NCBI GenBank assembly: GCA_963715535.1
Contig: OY970251.1
Location: 2,565,079 to 2,629,078, forward strand
From: an uncultured Solirubrobacterales bacterium
Lineage (GTDB): Bacteria; Actinomycetota; Thermoleophilia; Solirubrobacterales; Solirubrobacteraceae
Length of the DNA: 64,000 bases
Reading direction: 5' to 3'
Shown here: positions 18,148 through 28,345 of the stretch, piece after piece
Position numbering within the stretch: the stretch's first letter is position 1
Layout of the letters: every line of letters starts with the position of its first letter
Notes under the pieces: model-generated
What the model saw: the letters and a program-made list of their open reading frames with translations, nothing else
What the model was told of the DNA's origin: nothing
Databases searched by the model: none
Translations under genes and position numbers: made by a program

Positions 18148-20807
18148 GTGATGACGGCGGCGAGCATAGGTGCGTCCCGGGGTGGCGGGTACGCCCGCTA
18201 CTTGGAGGGCAAGACGGTCGAGCCCGAGCGCGGGGACTACTACCTGACCCCGGATGGGGAGATGGCGCAGGCCCCAGGCCGCTGGCTCGCTGACGAGGAG
18301 ACGCTCGACCGCCTGGGGATCACGGCTGGCCGTCCGGTGGATGGTGCGGACTTCATCGCTCTGATGGAGGGCCGCCACCCCGGCACGGGCCAGTGGCTTC
18401 GTCGGGAAGGCGCCGGCGGTGGCCGCGGCGGCGGGATCGACGTGACATTCAGCGCCCCGAAGTCCGTGTCTGCCGTGTGGGCGTTGGGTGACCCGTGGCA
18501 GCGGGAGCGGATCGAGGCGGCGCACGGGCGGGCGGTCGAGCAGACGATTCTCTACATGCGTGAGCGGGTGCCGCTCGTGCGGCGTCGTTATGGCGCCGAG
18601 GTCGATCGAGGAGCCCGCACGCGCCGTGATCGCGGCGGAGTACCGGCACACGACAGCCAGAGGCGTCTCCGGTGCGCAGGCACCGGATCCGCAGTTGCAC
18701 AGCCACGTCGTGATCACAGGCGCGGTGCGCGAGGACGAGCGGTTCGTCGCGGTCGCCTCGCGTCCGGTATTTCGCAGCGCGCGTGAGCTGGGCGCGTTCT
18801 ACCGTTCCGCGCTCGCCGGCGAGCTGACACGCGAGGGCTATGGGATCGAGCAGGCGACGGGGAAGGACGGCCGGTATTTCGAGATCGCCGGGGTCCCGAG
18901 AGAGCTGTGCGAGGCGTTTTCTGGCCGCAGCCGGGAGGTCGCCAAGGCAGCAGAGCGGTTCCGCGCCCGACATGGGCGTGCGCCTGAGCGTGGGGAGCTG
19001 CGCGAGCTGGCGCTCGAGAACCGCCGCGCCAAGACCCTCACCACCCGAAACGACCTAAAACGTGTCTGGACGGAGACCGGCGGCCGCTACGGGTTCGGCC
19101 CCGACGAGGCGCTGCGGCTGCTCGCCGGCCCCGAACGCGGCCGGCCTGATCGTTCGGTCGAGGACCGTGTGGAGGCGCGACTGACCGAGCACCACGCCGT
19201 CTTTCAGGAGCGCGATCTGCGCAGCGTCGTACTGGAGCAGACCGCCGGGGAGATGGCGACCGGATGAGGCGCTTGGGATCGCGCGGGGAATGGTTCGTGA
19301 CCGGCGGGTCCTCAGCTTGGAAGGCGGACGGATGACCACCCTCGCCGTTCGCGCCCAGGAGCAGGCGATCGAGCGGCGGATCACCATGCTTGCCCAGCCG
19401 GCCGCGCGGGATGCGGGCGACGCCGCCAGAACCCAGGCCACACGGGAGGTCGCCGAGCGGATCGCCGGACACCTGAGCCCCGAGCAGGAGCAGGCGCTGC
19501 GCGCATTGACTGGGCCCGAGCGGGTCGCGGTGCTCGTCGGCCCCGCCGGGACCGGCAAGGGCGTCGTGATCGACACGGCCGCACGCGCAGAGCAGCTCGC
19601 CGGCCGCGACACGATCGGCGTTGCCGTGTCGGGCTCATCCGCGGAGCGACTCGGCGCAGACAGCCCCGCGCTTGCCGGACGCACGCTCACCCTCGACGCA
19701 CTGGTCGCCCGCGCGAACACAGGCACCGTGCACGTCGGCCGGGACACGACGGTGTTCTTCGACGAGGCCGGGATGGTCGACCACAAGCGCCTCGACGTCC
19801 TCACCGAGCTTGTGGAGCGCTCGGGAGCGAAGCTGATCGCCGTCGGCGACGGCAAGCAGCTCCCGTCGATCGGCCCCGGTGGCATGTTCGACCGCATCGC
19901 CGACCACGCGCCGGTCGCTGAGCTCGCCGACATCCACCGCACCCACGACCCGCACGAGCGCCGGGCTTGGGCGGCGTTGCGCGCCGGGGAACCCGAGCGC
20001 GCGATGGCGCACTACCAAGCCCGGGGGCAGCTCTACTTCATGGACACCCGCGACGAGGCCGGCGAGGCAGCCGTACAACGCTGGGCATCACTCACCGAAC
20101 ACCACGACATCCGCCAGGTCGCATTGATCGCCGACGCGTCCAACCAGGGGATCGACAGGCTCAACGCCCGCGCCCAACACCTCCGCGCCCAGCGCGGCGA
20201 ACTCGGTCCCCGCGAGATCCCACTCCCCCACCAGCACTACGGGCTTCGTGAAGGCGACCTGATCGCATTCACCGCCCAACACCGGCCGCCGGGACAGGCC
20301 CGCGTCGAGAACGGCGCCCGCGGCCAGGTCACACACATCGACGATCAAGGCGGCCTGACCCTCACGCTCGACGGCTCCGGTCGCCAGGTGGGGCTCGCCG
20401 GCAAGGATCTGGAGTCTCTGCGCCTCGGCTACGCGCAGCACGTTTACCGCCAGCAGGGTGCCACCGTCGAGCGCTCCGTCGTGCTCACCGGAGGCTGGCA
20501 AACCAGCAAGGAGACCGCCTACGTCGAGGCCAGCCGTGCTCGCCAGGCCACCGAGTGGTTCCTCGCCCGCGACGAGCTCGGCGCTGAGGGCCAAGACGAG
20601 CGACGTGTCACGCAACTCGCCCACAGGATGCGTCAGAGCCGCGCCCAGACACCCTCGCTCGCGCACCCCGAGTTGCCCGACCCAGGCTGGGGGTCGGGAT
20701 TGGATCTCGGGCGGATGCGCCCGCCAAGCCTCGCGCGCTGGCTCACCCGTACCGCGCGGAATCTCGATCGCGCACCCGAGCGGGACGCGGCTCGCGGTGG
20801 CCGTTGA
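18148..20807 (+). CDS. MobF (TrwC) relaxase with RecD-like helicase; frameshifted near 18600 and 19260
   Basis: YARYL..DYY, DVTFSAPKSVS, HTTAR...DPQLHSH, EAFSGRS; helicase motifs GPAGTGKG, DEAGM, GD.KQL, GYA.HVYRQQG.T. Confidence 0.9.
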
Positions 20808-20889
20808 TCAACTCGATGGCCGTTTTGCGCGCGTGGCGGTCATTAACCGAGACAGCACAAACAAACCAAGAGCTTCCGAAGGGAACAGC

Positions 20890-21123
20890 ATGACACCCGT
20901 CACGAAGTCGACAAACGAGTCGTCCGTCCCCACTCCATCGAATGCGCGGCTGCAAGACCCACTGCTACGCCCGGAGGAGGCAGCCCGGCTGCTCTCCGTG
21001 AGGACAAGCTGGATCTACGAAGCCGTGCGGGCTCGTCGCCTTCCATGCGTACGGGTCGGTCGGCACATCCGCTTCACCCAACGAATGCTGGAGGAGTGGC
21101 TGGCCGACAACATCCATGCCTGA
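20890..21123 (+). CDS. Excisionase-like HTH_17 protein
   Basis: LLRPEEAARLLSV..SWIY....RLP.VRVGRHIRF; directly upstream of the integrase. Confidence 0.88.
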   Translation: MTPVTKSTNESSVPTPSNARLQDPLLRPEEAARLLSVRTSWIYEAVRARRLPCVRVGRHIRFTQRMLEEWLADNIHA

Positions 21124-21214
21124 CCTGCCCATGCGCCCTACGCAGCATCCCCGGTCTCGCTCGGCCTCGACACCTATGCTCGCCGGCCGCTCTGCCGCCT
21201 ACAATCGGGCGGTC

Positions 21215-22365
21215 ATGGCTAAGCGCTCCTACGGCAGCGGCCGTCTCTTCGTCTACAAGGACAAGACGGGCAAGGAGAGCTGGTACGGCTCCTGGCGAGC
21301 TGGCACGAGGCGAGTCCAGCGCAAGATCGGTCCCAAGCGCTCACAGGGCGGCACGAGCGGCCTGACGCGGGTTCAGGCCGAGCGCGAGCTTCGCAAGCGG
21401 ATCGACCACGACCTCGTGCTCGCCACCGCCGAGCGCAAGACGCTTGCCGACGCCGGCGCGCTCTACATCGATCATTTGGAGCACGTGATGGATCGCAAGC
21501 GTTCGACGATCCAGGACTACCGCGGATACCTACGTGGACACCTCGAAGGATTCTTCGGCGATACGCCGATCGACAGGATCGACCCGGCCAGGGTCGCCTC
21601 CTACCTCAAGCGCAAGCGCGCGGATGGCCTGTCGAGCAAGACGGTCCAGAACCACCTGAACTTCCTGCACGGCGTCTTCGCCTTCTCGCTCAAGCGCGGC
21701 TGGGTGCTGACCAATCCGGTCGCGATCACGTCGACCGCCCCAAGAAGGCGCGCTCGCCGCACCGGCGCATCCGCTTCCTGCAGCCCCGCGAGCTCGACGA
21801 GCTCATAGACGCGGTCCCCGACGACTCGCTGGGTGCCGTCGAGCGACCGCTCTACCTGGCCGCCGCCTTGACCGGACTGCGTCAGGGCGAGCTGCTGGCG
21901 CTGAAGTGGATGGACGTCGATTGGCTGGCGAGCAGGGTGCGGGTCGCCGACAACTTCACCCGCGGGAAGTTCGACAGCCCCAAGTCCCACGAGGGACACT
22001 CGGTGCCGATGGCTGACCGCCTTGCACGAGAGCTCGAGCTTCACTCCCAGCGCTCGGCCTACCGCACAGACGACGATCTCGTCTTCTGCCATCCCCACAC
22101 CGGCAACGTGCTCGACCCCTCGAAGATGCGCAAGCGCTTCGGCGAGGCCATCACGCGGGCCGGCGTGCGCGAGATCACCTTCCACGAGCTGCGCCACACC
22201 TTCGGCACGCAGATGGCGGCCGCCGGTGCGCCGCTGCGCGCGATCCAGGAGTGGATGGGCCACGCCGACGCCAAGACGACCGAGATCTATCGCCACTACG
22301 CCCCCGACCCGACCAACGGAGCGCAGCTGGTCGAGCGGGCCTTCAGCACACCGGTCACCCGGTAA
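21215..22365 (+). CDS. int: Tyrosine recombinase / phage-type integrase; frameshift near 21725
   Basis: MAKRSYGSG arm domain; SAM-like domain; TGLRQGEL, HELRHT, MGHAD..TT.IY catalytic motifs. Confidence 0.92.
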
Positions 22366-22398
22366 TCACGATGAGATCCCTGTCGGGCAGAGGCAGCA

Positions 22399-22725
22399 AT
22401 GAACGCAGTGGCGGCGGCAGAGATGATCGAGCGCGCCGGCCGTGCGCTTATCGATGCGGCGCCTGCTCCTGCCAAGGTGATCCTGTTCGGTTCACGTGCT
22501 CGTGGCGACGGGGACGATCGAAGCGACTTCGACTTCTTGGTCATCGAGGACAAGGTGGAGAACCGCCTCACAGAGGAGATCAGACTTCGCCGTGTCCTGC
22601 GGGACTTTGGTGCTCCGGTGGATGTGATCGTCCTTGACGCGGCGCTTGCCGGACGGCGAGCGAAGGTGCCCGGCACGATGGTTCATCGAGCTCTCCGCGA
22701 GGGCCGCGTTGTCGCCGAGTCCTGA
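22399..22725 (+). CDS. Minimal nucleotidyltransferase (MNT) antitoxin
   Basis: LFGSRARGD...SDFD...PVDVIV motif; overlaps the HEPN gene. Confidence 0.9.
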   Translation: MNAVAAAEMIERAGRALIDAAPAPAKVILFGSRARGDGDDRSDFDFLVIEDKVENRLTEEIRLRRVLRDFGAPVDVIVLDAALAGRRAKVPGTMVHRALREGRVVAES

Positions 22726-23098
22726 GCAGGTCGAGTACGCCGAGATGCTTCAGCGCCGGGCGGCGGGAGATCTCCATGTCTGCCGGAGGCTCGCCGACGA
22801 CACTGAGGTCGACGACAGCATCATCGGATTCCATGCGCAGCAGGCAGTCGAGAAGGCGCTGAAGGTCGCGCTCGTGCTTGCGGGGGTAGAACTACCGCAC
22901 ACCCACGACCTTGAGTTTCTCGTAGCGCTGGTCCGAGAGTCCGGGACCGAGCTGCCAGCGGAGCTCATGAACACGGAGTGGCTCACGCCCTGGGCGGCCG
23001 ATCTCCGCTATGACGAGCCGACTGCACTGGATCGCGTTGCTGCTCTGGCGGTGGCAGAGAGCGCCGTCCGCTGGTCGGGCGCTCTGTTTGATGCTTGA
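22709..23098 (+). CDS. HEPN domain protein (MNT-HEPN pair)
   Basis: GFHAQQAVEKALK, PHTHDL and LRY motifs; TTG start overlapping the MNT gene. Confidence 0.88.
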   Translation: MSPSPEQVEYAEMLQRRAAGDLHVCRRLADDTEVDDSIIGFHAQQAVEKALKVALVLAGVELPHTHDLEFLVALVRESGTELPAELMNTEWLTPWAADLRYDEPTALDRVAALAVAESAVRWSGALFDA

Positions 23099-23198
23099 AG
23101 AGTACTCAAGGGCTATTACCCTCGACTAAGTGCGGGCTTCCCCACACCCGTTTCTGGTCGAAGCAGGCGTTCCTCGTCGAGGCGATGGGGAAGTCAGT

Positions 23199-23498
23199 TC
23201 AGTGTTGCATCTCGGCGGCGTACCAGCCGATTACTCGCTCGCCGACGTCGGCGAGTTGATCGGGCGTCGCTGGCAGATCCATGCGCTGGGTCTGGATGTC
23301 GGCAAGGTATTCACAGACCGTGCGCGCGTCGGCTCCTTTACGGAGCTTCTCTGCCAATGGACCCAGGTATGTGTCGTACTCATCAGATGCCTCCGCAATC
23401 CCGTTGGCCCCGATGGGATCCCAGGACGCCATCAGAAGCATGCGTAGCTCTCGAGCGCCGCTCGTCTTCCACCAGCGATGCCACTCCTCCAACTCCAT
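23199..23498 (-). CDS. Small hypothetical protein with WDPIG...DEYD.Y motif
   Basis: Conserved-looking WDPIG/DEY motif; helical composition. Confidence 0.65.
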   Translation of the reverse strand: MELEEWHRWWKTSGARELRMLLMASWDPIGANGIAEASDEYDTYLGPLAEKLRKGADARTVCEYLADIQTQRMDLPATPDQLADVGERVIGWYAAEMQH

Positions 23499-23572
23499 CC
23501 CGCAAGCGTAACCGCCGAGGGCGCTGGTCACAGCTCTACAGGTGCATGCAAGATCGGCCGACGCTAGTTCTG

Positions 23573-24262
23573 ATGGCCGACAGAGACCACCGCATCACGC
23601 CGGCCCATGCCCCGACCGTTCCACGACGCTTTCTCGTTTGGAACGCGATCGGCGTGTGCGTCGCGGTTCCGCTCGGGCTCGCTCTTTACATCGGGCAGAA
23701 GTCGGACTTCGGCTTGGCGATCGCAATCTGGGCGCTGGTCGCCACTCCAATCATGTGGCGATGGCGACTTCAGAACGGGCGTCGACTCCATGACCCGGCA
23801 AACCGCAAAGATCACCGAACGGGCCAGACACTGACGCCCTCTGGCGCTACTGAAATACCTGCCGTGGGCGATGGCGCTACACGGTGGACCGGAGCCGCCG
23901 ACGTGCCAACGCCGTTCGGGCGGATCAGCTCGACCAACCCCTTGGCCGTGCTCGCAATCGTCGATTCCACGCTGATCCTGCGGCTGCGCCCGGAAGCTCT
24001 GACTCAGTGGACATGCGGCGTGGAGCCACTTGCACTGAGCCCGTCGGAGGTCGAGGCTGTATACCCAGCGCGCGGGCGACTTCGCGCGCCAGCGATCGGC
24101 ATTCGTCCGCTACACGGGCCGCCGTCCTATTTTCTGACTGCACCCGGCCGACTGCGCTGGTATTTCGGACCCTGGAGCGCCGACCGGGCATCTATCCTGA
24201 GCGCCATCGAAGCCGCGGGCTTCCCGGTCGAATGGGAGGAGCGCGACTTCTCCCGTTCATGA
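23573..24262 (+). CDS. Membrane protein with two N-terminal TM helices
   Basis: Two hydrophobic segments followed by a soluble domain. Confidence 0.6.
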   Translation: MADRDHRITPAHAPTVPRRFLVWNAIGVCVAVPLGLALYIGQKSDFGLAIAIWALVATPIMWRWRLQNGRRLHDPANRKDHRTGQTLTPSGATEIPAVGDGATRWTGAADVPTPFGRISSTNPLAVLAIVDSTLILRLRPEALTQWTCGVEPLALSPSEVEAVYPARGRLRAPAIGIRPLHGPPSYFLTAPGRLRWYFGPWSADRASILSAIEAAGFPVEWEERDFSRS

Positions 24263-24302
24263 CACCGCTGCTCCGGCGGCACGGCGGCGAGCCTCAACGT
24301 CA

Positions 24303-24322
24303 TTGTTCCATTCGTTGTTCCA
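24303..24322. repeat. TTGTTCCA direct repeat with 12-bp period; candidate integrase arm-type site
   Basis: Copies at 24303-24310 and 24315-24322, about 85 nt inside the att site. Confidence 0.5.
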
Positions 24323-24407
24323 ATTTGAGCGAATCTGGCCTCAGCGAACCACCCACAACCTCAATAGATCCGGGCATCCTCACCGTACCCAACCCACCCA
24401 CCGCGAT

Positions 24408-24449
24408 CTCATAACCCGAAGGTCGCAGGTTCGAATCCTGCCCCCGCTA
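24408..24449 (+). other. att site: 3' half of tRNA-Met(CAT), initiator-like, from anticodon loop to acceptor strand
   Basis: CTCATAACCCGAAGGTCGCAGGTTCGAATCCTGCCCCCGCTA; no 5' acceptor strand or D-arm upstream. Confidence 0.88.
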
Positions 24450-24452
24450 TTC

Positions 24453-24480
24453 AAAAAAGCCCCGCAAACGCGGGGTTTTT
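24453..24480. terminator. Bidirectional intrinsic terminator
   Basis: AAAAAAGCCCCGC-AAAC-GCGGGGTTTTT. Confidence 0.85.
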
Positions 24481-24492
24481 GTGGACAGAAAC

Positions 24493-24540
24493 GTGGCTCT
24501 GGCTGTGGTTCTGGGTCAAGCTCTGGGTCAAGGTCTTGCG
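24493..24540. repeat. Four degenerate 12-bp tandem units; candidate arm-type sites
   Basis: GTGGCTCTGGCT GTGGTTCTGGGT CAAGCTCTGGGT CAAGGTCTTGCG. Confidence 0.6.
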
Positions 24541-24659
24541 GGCTTTGCGTGGACGGCGCAGCGAACTCCGGTCGGCAAATGGCTCCTGAACCGGCGGGCG
24601 GATCTCGATTGCTCGCGAGCCCACCCGACCGCGAATGCCTCGCGGTTGACCCCGGCAGA

Positions 24660-25892
24660 TCAGTGTGTTGCGGATGTGGAGAGCTGCCAGTGCTTGACGT
24701 GGCCGCGGCCATGGGCGAGCCTGCGTCTCACGGCTGCGATGACTGTTGTGTCGAGTGCCTGCTCGAGCGTGTCGACTCGCGGCTGGCTGTCGAAGGGGAA
24801 GAGGAGGTACGCCTCCAGCCCCGCTCGGGTGAGCAGCGGCTCGGCGAGGTAGGTGACGGTCACCCGGCCGGTGAGGCGCCAGCCACCGTTGTCGGCGGCG
24901 AGGCTGGCGTTCTGGATGTCGATCTTCCAGCCGCCGTCGTCCAGTCCCCCGCGGACATTGTTGCGGGGGTTCATTGCGTCGTCTAGGAACTCGCTTGCGC
25001 TCTCGCTGATTTCGGTCATCTCGGTGAGCTCGTTGTCGCTGAGCCACAGCGCCACGTCGAGCTCGGCGCGCTCTTGGATTTCCTCATCCGCCCATTCGGC
25101 CGCATCCTGGTTAGCCTCGTACAGCGGCCAGTATCGGCCGCGGCGGACCGGGTGCGTAGGCGGCCAGTGGTCCAGGAAGAATGCTGCGAACCAGGGATCG
25201 CGGAACTCACCCCACGCCGGCAGGCCGATGCTCGCGACCCGCTCGGCCATTGCCGTCGCGATTCCTGCGCGGCGGCGATCGGGCGCGACCCAAAAGGAGT
25301 CCATGACGATCGCGTGACCGCCCCAGTCGTAGGAGGCCTTCGTGAAGATCGGCCCCACGGAGCTCGGGCCGACGATCTCGTGGATATCGGTGTCCTCCTC
25401 GCTGCGTGTGTCTACGAAGTAGAGGACTGTCGAGCCGACCAACCGGCGACCCTCGTAGGCCACCAGCACCTGGACCCGCTCACCCACCGAGAGCGTGCTT
25501 GTCGCCTCCCGCCGACGCTCGCCGCCGGGTTGGCGACGCATCAGGCCGTAGCTCCATGTCTGGTAGCGGTCGCCTGGCTGGGCTTGGCCGATCGAGAGTG
25601 GCCCCGACGCCGGCCGGGTCCTTGGCGCACGACGCCCAACGAGGAGCTCTTCCAGGGAAGCCCGCACCAACGGCAGTGGTTCGGGCCACTCGGGGTGCAG
25701 CTCCTTGCGTGTGTACTCATACATCGATGCGTTAGTCCAACGCCCTCGACCCAGGTGCATGCGCCGACCGCGGGCCCGGGCCGCTGATGGCGACGGTGCC
25801 CCGATCGCGGCGGCGAGCTGGCGCCACGTGATTGGCGCGGCCTGCGGTGCGTACTTCAGCAGCCCAGAGGCAGCTTCAGTGGGAGTAAGCAT
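24660..25892 (-). CDS. Hypothetical protein with central GNAT-like domain
   Basis: FWVAPDRRRAGIATAM resembles the GNAT acetyl-CoA-binding motif A. Confidence 0.6.
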   Translation of the reverse strand: MLTPTEAASGLLKYAPQAAPITWRQLAAAIGAPSPSAARARGRRMHLGRGRWTNASMYEYTRKELHPEWPEPLPLVRASLEELLVGRRAPRTRPASGPLSIGQAQPGDRYQTWSYGLMRRQPGGERRREATSTLSVGERVQVLVAYEGRRLVGSTVLYFVDTRSEEDTDIHEIVGPSSVGPIFTKASYDWGGHAIVMDSFWVAPDRRRAGIATAMAERVASIGLPAWGEFRDPWFAAFFLDHWPPTHPVRRGRYWPLYEANQDAAEWADEEIQERAELDVALWLSDNELTEMTEISESASEFLDDAMNPRNNVRGGLDDGGWKIDIQNASLAADNGGWRLTGRVTVTYLAEPLLTRAGLEAYLLFPFDSQPRVDTLEQALDTTVIAAVRRRLAHGRGHVKHWQLSTSATH

Positions 25893-25989
25893 GCCCCGAC
25901 CGTAGCCAACCGTCAGGACTGTACATCTGCGATCCCGCGTGCTGCGGGCTAGAGACTTGCACGGGGTCTCGATCGACTGGTGTACGGCG

Positions 25990-26868
25990 CTACTTGGGCA
26001 GCCTGCGCTCGCGACAGGCGCGCAGGAGGTCGTCGACGTACCCGTGGGCGTCGGCTGTCGCGGCGGGGTCGAGGTCTCCGGTGCTCTCGAATTGCGCTGC
26101 GCGGCGGGGGCCGAGGCTGTTGGGTTCGGCGAAGTCGCTGGTGAGCGACTTGAGTGCGCGCTCGACCACCTCGCTGTGATCGGTCGCGTGGCGGGCGATA
26201 CGGTCGGCGATGTCGGTGATGGCCTGTGGCCAGTGGCGCAGCACGTAGACGATGTCGTAGGCGTCCTTCGGCTCGCCGCGGTCGGCGAGGGCGAGGGCCT
26301 TGAGCACGATCAGGGCGCCGGGTCCGCAGACTGGGATGATGCGACTGACTTGCTCGCCCGTTGAGGGTGTGGCCGTCCATTTGGATCAGCTCGCGCTCTT
26401 GGAAGGCGAGTTCCAGGCCGGGGGCGATCAGGGCGCCGAAGTCGTCCTCGAGCGACTGCACGCTGCCGCCCTGTTCGGCGCCCGGAATGGGTGGCATGAG
26501 GAAGTCGATGGTGACGTTGAGCTCACCGAGTCGCCAACGCTGGGGTGTGGGGTTGCCGCGGTCGTTGACGTCCGGTTCGAAGTCCTCTTGGCGTAGGCGT
26601 CTGGCGATCTCGCTGTATTGCTGCTCGTCGAACAGTGCGACGGCGAGGCCGACGTCGAGGTCGTTGGTGCCGGCATGTCCGGCCTCGTCTGTGGGATCGG
26701 CGTCGGCCTGGTGATCGATGAGCAGGCTGGGGCGAGCCCCCCGACGATGCACAGCCGGTCCATCATCGCGCCGAGGGTCACGGCCACCGTCAGGCAGGCG
26801 GCTTCGACCAGCACGGTTTCCTCGCGCTGATAGCCGCTGTGGTGTCGGGGCTTATCCGACGGGGGCAT
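25990..26868 (-). CDS. AbiEii-like nucleotidyltransferase toxin; frameshifts near 26735 and 26350
   Basis: IVGGLAP, HAGTNDLD, IDFL and LKALALADRGEPKDAYD motifs across three frames; overlaps the antitoxin gene. Confidence 0.8.
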
Positions 26869-27898
26869 AGTGCAGATGGCGATGGCGTAGGTGCTCGGCG
26901 GCCTCGGGCGCGCGCTCGGGGAGGTGCAGCAGGTCGAGGTAGACCTGTGATGGGGAGACACAGTTGAGCCCATCATGGGGGTGCTCGCCAATGAAGACGC
27001 CAAGGTCGTCGGGTCCGACGAGCTGCACGTTGGTGCCCGCAGAGCTCTGGCGCAGCTCTAGGCGCTTGGCGGCGTTGCGGGGATCGCCCTCGACGTAGAC
27101 AGTGGTGAGTCGAAAGCGGGCGAAGTGGTCGATCGCCCACGCGGCTGGGAGCCCGGTGAACGCGTGGCGGACGTCGAGCGCGCCAAGGCGTTGTGCAAGG
27201 TTGCGCGCGAGCTCGATCCCGCTGCCGCTGATGTGGCCGGTGAGGATGTCGTGGTGGGCGAAGCGGTAGTCCTGTGCCCAGGCGTCCAGCAGGCGGTCGG
27301 GGTCGCGTGGGCGCAGCTCGCGCTCGCGGCGCTCCAGCAGCAGCTCTTCGTCGAGTCGTCGCACGATGCGCGAGACGCTGCCGTCATCGAGGCCGGTGGC
27401 CGTGACGAGCTCCTTCTGGCGCCACCACCGGGCAGGGTCCTCGAGCAGGACGCGCGTCACGCGGGCACTCTTGGGAGCGAACGGGGACGATGGCCGCCCT
27501 CGTGAGCGAAACAGGTTGGGGCGACCCTGGACCCGCACGTAGAGATCTTCGCTGCGGATGTGGGCGTTGCCGGACAGGTCGATCCAGCTGAGCCCCGCTG
27601 CCTCTGCAGTGCGGGCTCCTGCGGGAGTCATGTGTGGCACCACTAGGACCGGAAGCGTGTCGTCACGTCGGAGGTCGTGCATCCGCCTCGCCGTGTCGGC
27701 GACGCGGCCGGGCTGGCTCGACGCCTTGACCTGGAAGACCCAGCGATGGCCCTGCTCGTCGTGGCCAACGAGATCGACCTCGCCGTCCGTCGCGGAAGGC
27801 GCATCGAGACGCAGGCCAGGCTCGCCAAGCAACTCAGTCAGGATCTCCGGCAGGCGATGCGTCGCCTCACGCTCTATGGCCAAGGCTCCTTCCTGCAT
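26852..27898 (-). CDS. AbiEi-like type IV TA antitoxin / transcriptional regulator
   Basis: SWIDLSGNA, PFAPKSARV, winged HTH, LLDAWA..Y, AFTG..AA and VSPSQVYLDL....ERA.EAA motifs. Confidence 0.85.
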   Translation of the reverse strand: MQEGALAIEREATHRLPEILTELLGEPGLRLDAPSATDGEVDLVGHDEQGHRWVFQVKASSQPGRVADTARRMHDLRRDDTLPVLVVPHMTPAGARTAEAAGLSWIDLSGNAHIRSEDLYVRVQGRPNLFRSRGRPSSPFAPKSARVTRVLLEDPARWWRQKELVTATGLDDGSVSRIVRRLDEELLLERRERELRPRDPDRLLDAWAQDYRFAHHDILTGHISGSGIELARNLAQRLGALDVRHAFTGLPAAWAIDHFARFRLTTVYVEGDPRNAAKRLELRQSSAGTNVQLVGPDDLGVFIGEHPHDGLNCVSPSQVYLDLLHLPERAPEAAEHLRHRHLHYAPVG

Positions 27899-28104
27899 TT
27901 ATCGTGCCCTTGTCATCATTTTGCAGAAAGATATTATACACAGGCGACGGGACTGCTGCTAGAATCCGATCACCTGCAACGTATCGCATGTCTGGCCTTT
28001 TACGCAGGAACAAGGTTCTCGGGCAAGCGGCTGCAGTTGGGGCAACTGTCCCGCTCATATCCGAAGGTTGCGGGAAGGTGTCAAAACCCCGCCCCTAGTT
28101 CGTC

Positions 28105-28248
28105 GCGGAGGCATTTCTGAGGCTCGCCCGATACTTCGGTACCAGCGAGCGCTTTTGGCTCAACCTCCAGGACCGCTACCACATCGAGATCGAACGGGAT
28201 CGACTTGGTCCAACGCTCGAGGAAATCCAGCCGCTCGTGCAGGCCTGA
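28105..28248 (+). pseudogene. higA: C-terminal remnant of a HigA antitoxin
   Basis: AEAFLRLARYFGTSERFWLNLQDRYHIEIERDRL...; in-frame TAG at 28096-28098 and no start codon. Confidence 0.8.
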
Positions 28249-28345
28249 GCGACGAGCATCGCACCTTTCCGTTCGGCGCGGCTCAGATCAGCATCTCAAA
28301 CACGCCGACCGCTGCCCAACTCTCCCGCCAGCTTCGGCCGTGACC

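Larger units (their letters stand above)
1..24449. mobile_element. Integrative mobilisable element / defence island integrated at tRNA-Met; left end outside the window
   Basis: MobF relaxase, excisionase and tyrosine integrase lie together near a 3' tRNA-Met fragment (24408-24449). Cargo is RM, TA and ubiquitin-like genes. Confidence 0.75.

Noticed and set aside
21700-21740. Programmed frameshift in the integrase or relaxase
   Set aside because: No slippery heptamer seen, and similar indels affect liv, tetR, araC and ABC genes, so sequencing error is simpler.
22399-24262. Integron-like cassette array after the integrase
   Set aside because: No attC-like sites, mixed gene orientation, and the integrase is phage-type rather than IntI.
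24380-24450. Intact tRNA-Met gene
   Set aside because: The 5' acceptor strand and D-arm are absent; only the anticodon loop to the 3' end is present, so it is treated as an att fragment.
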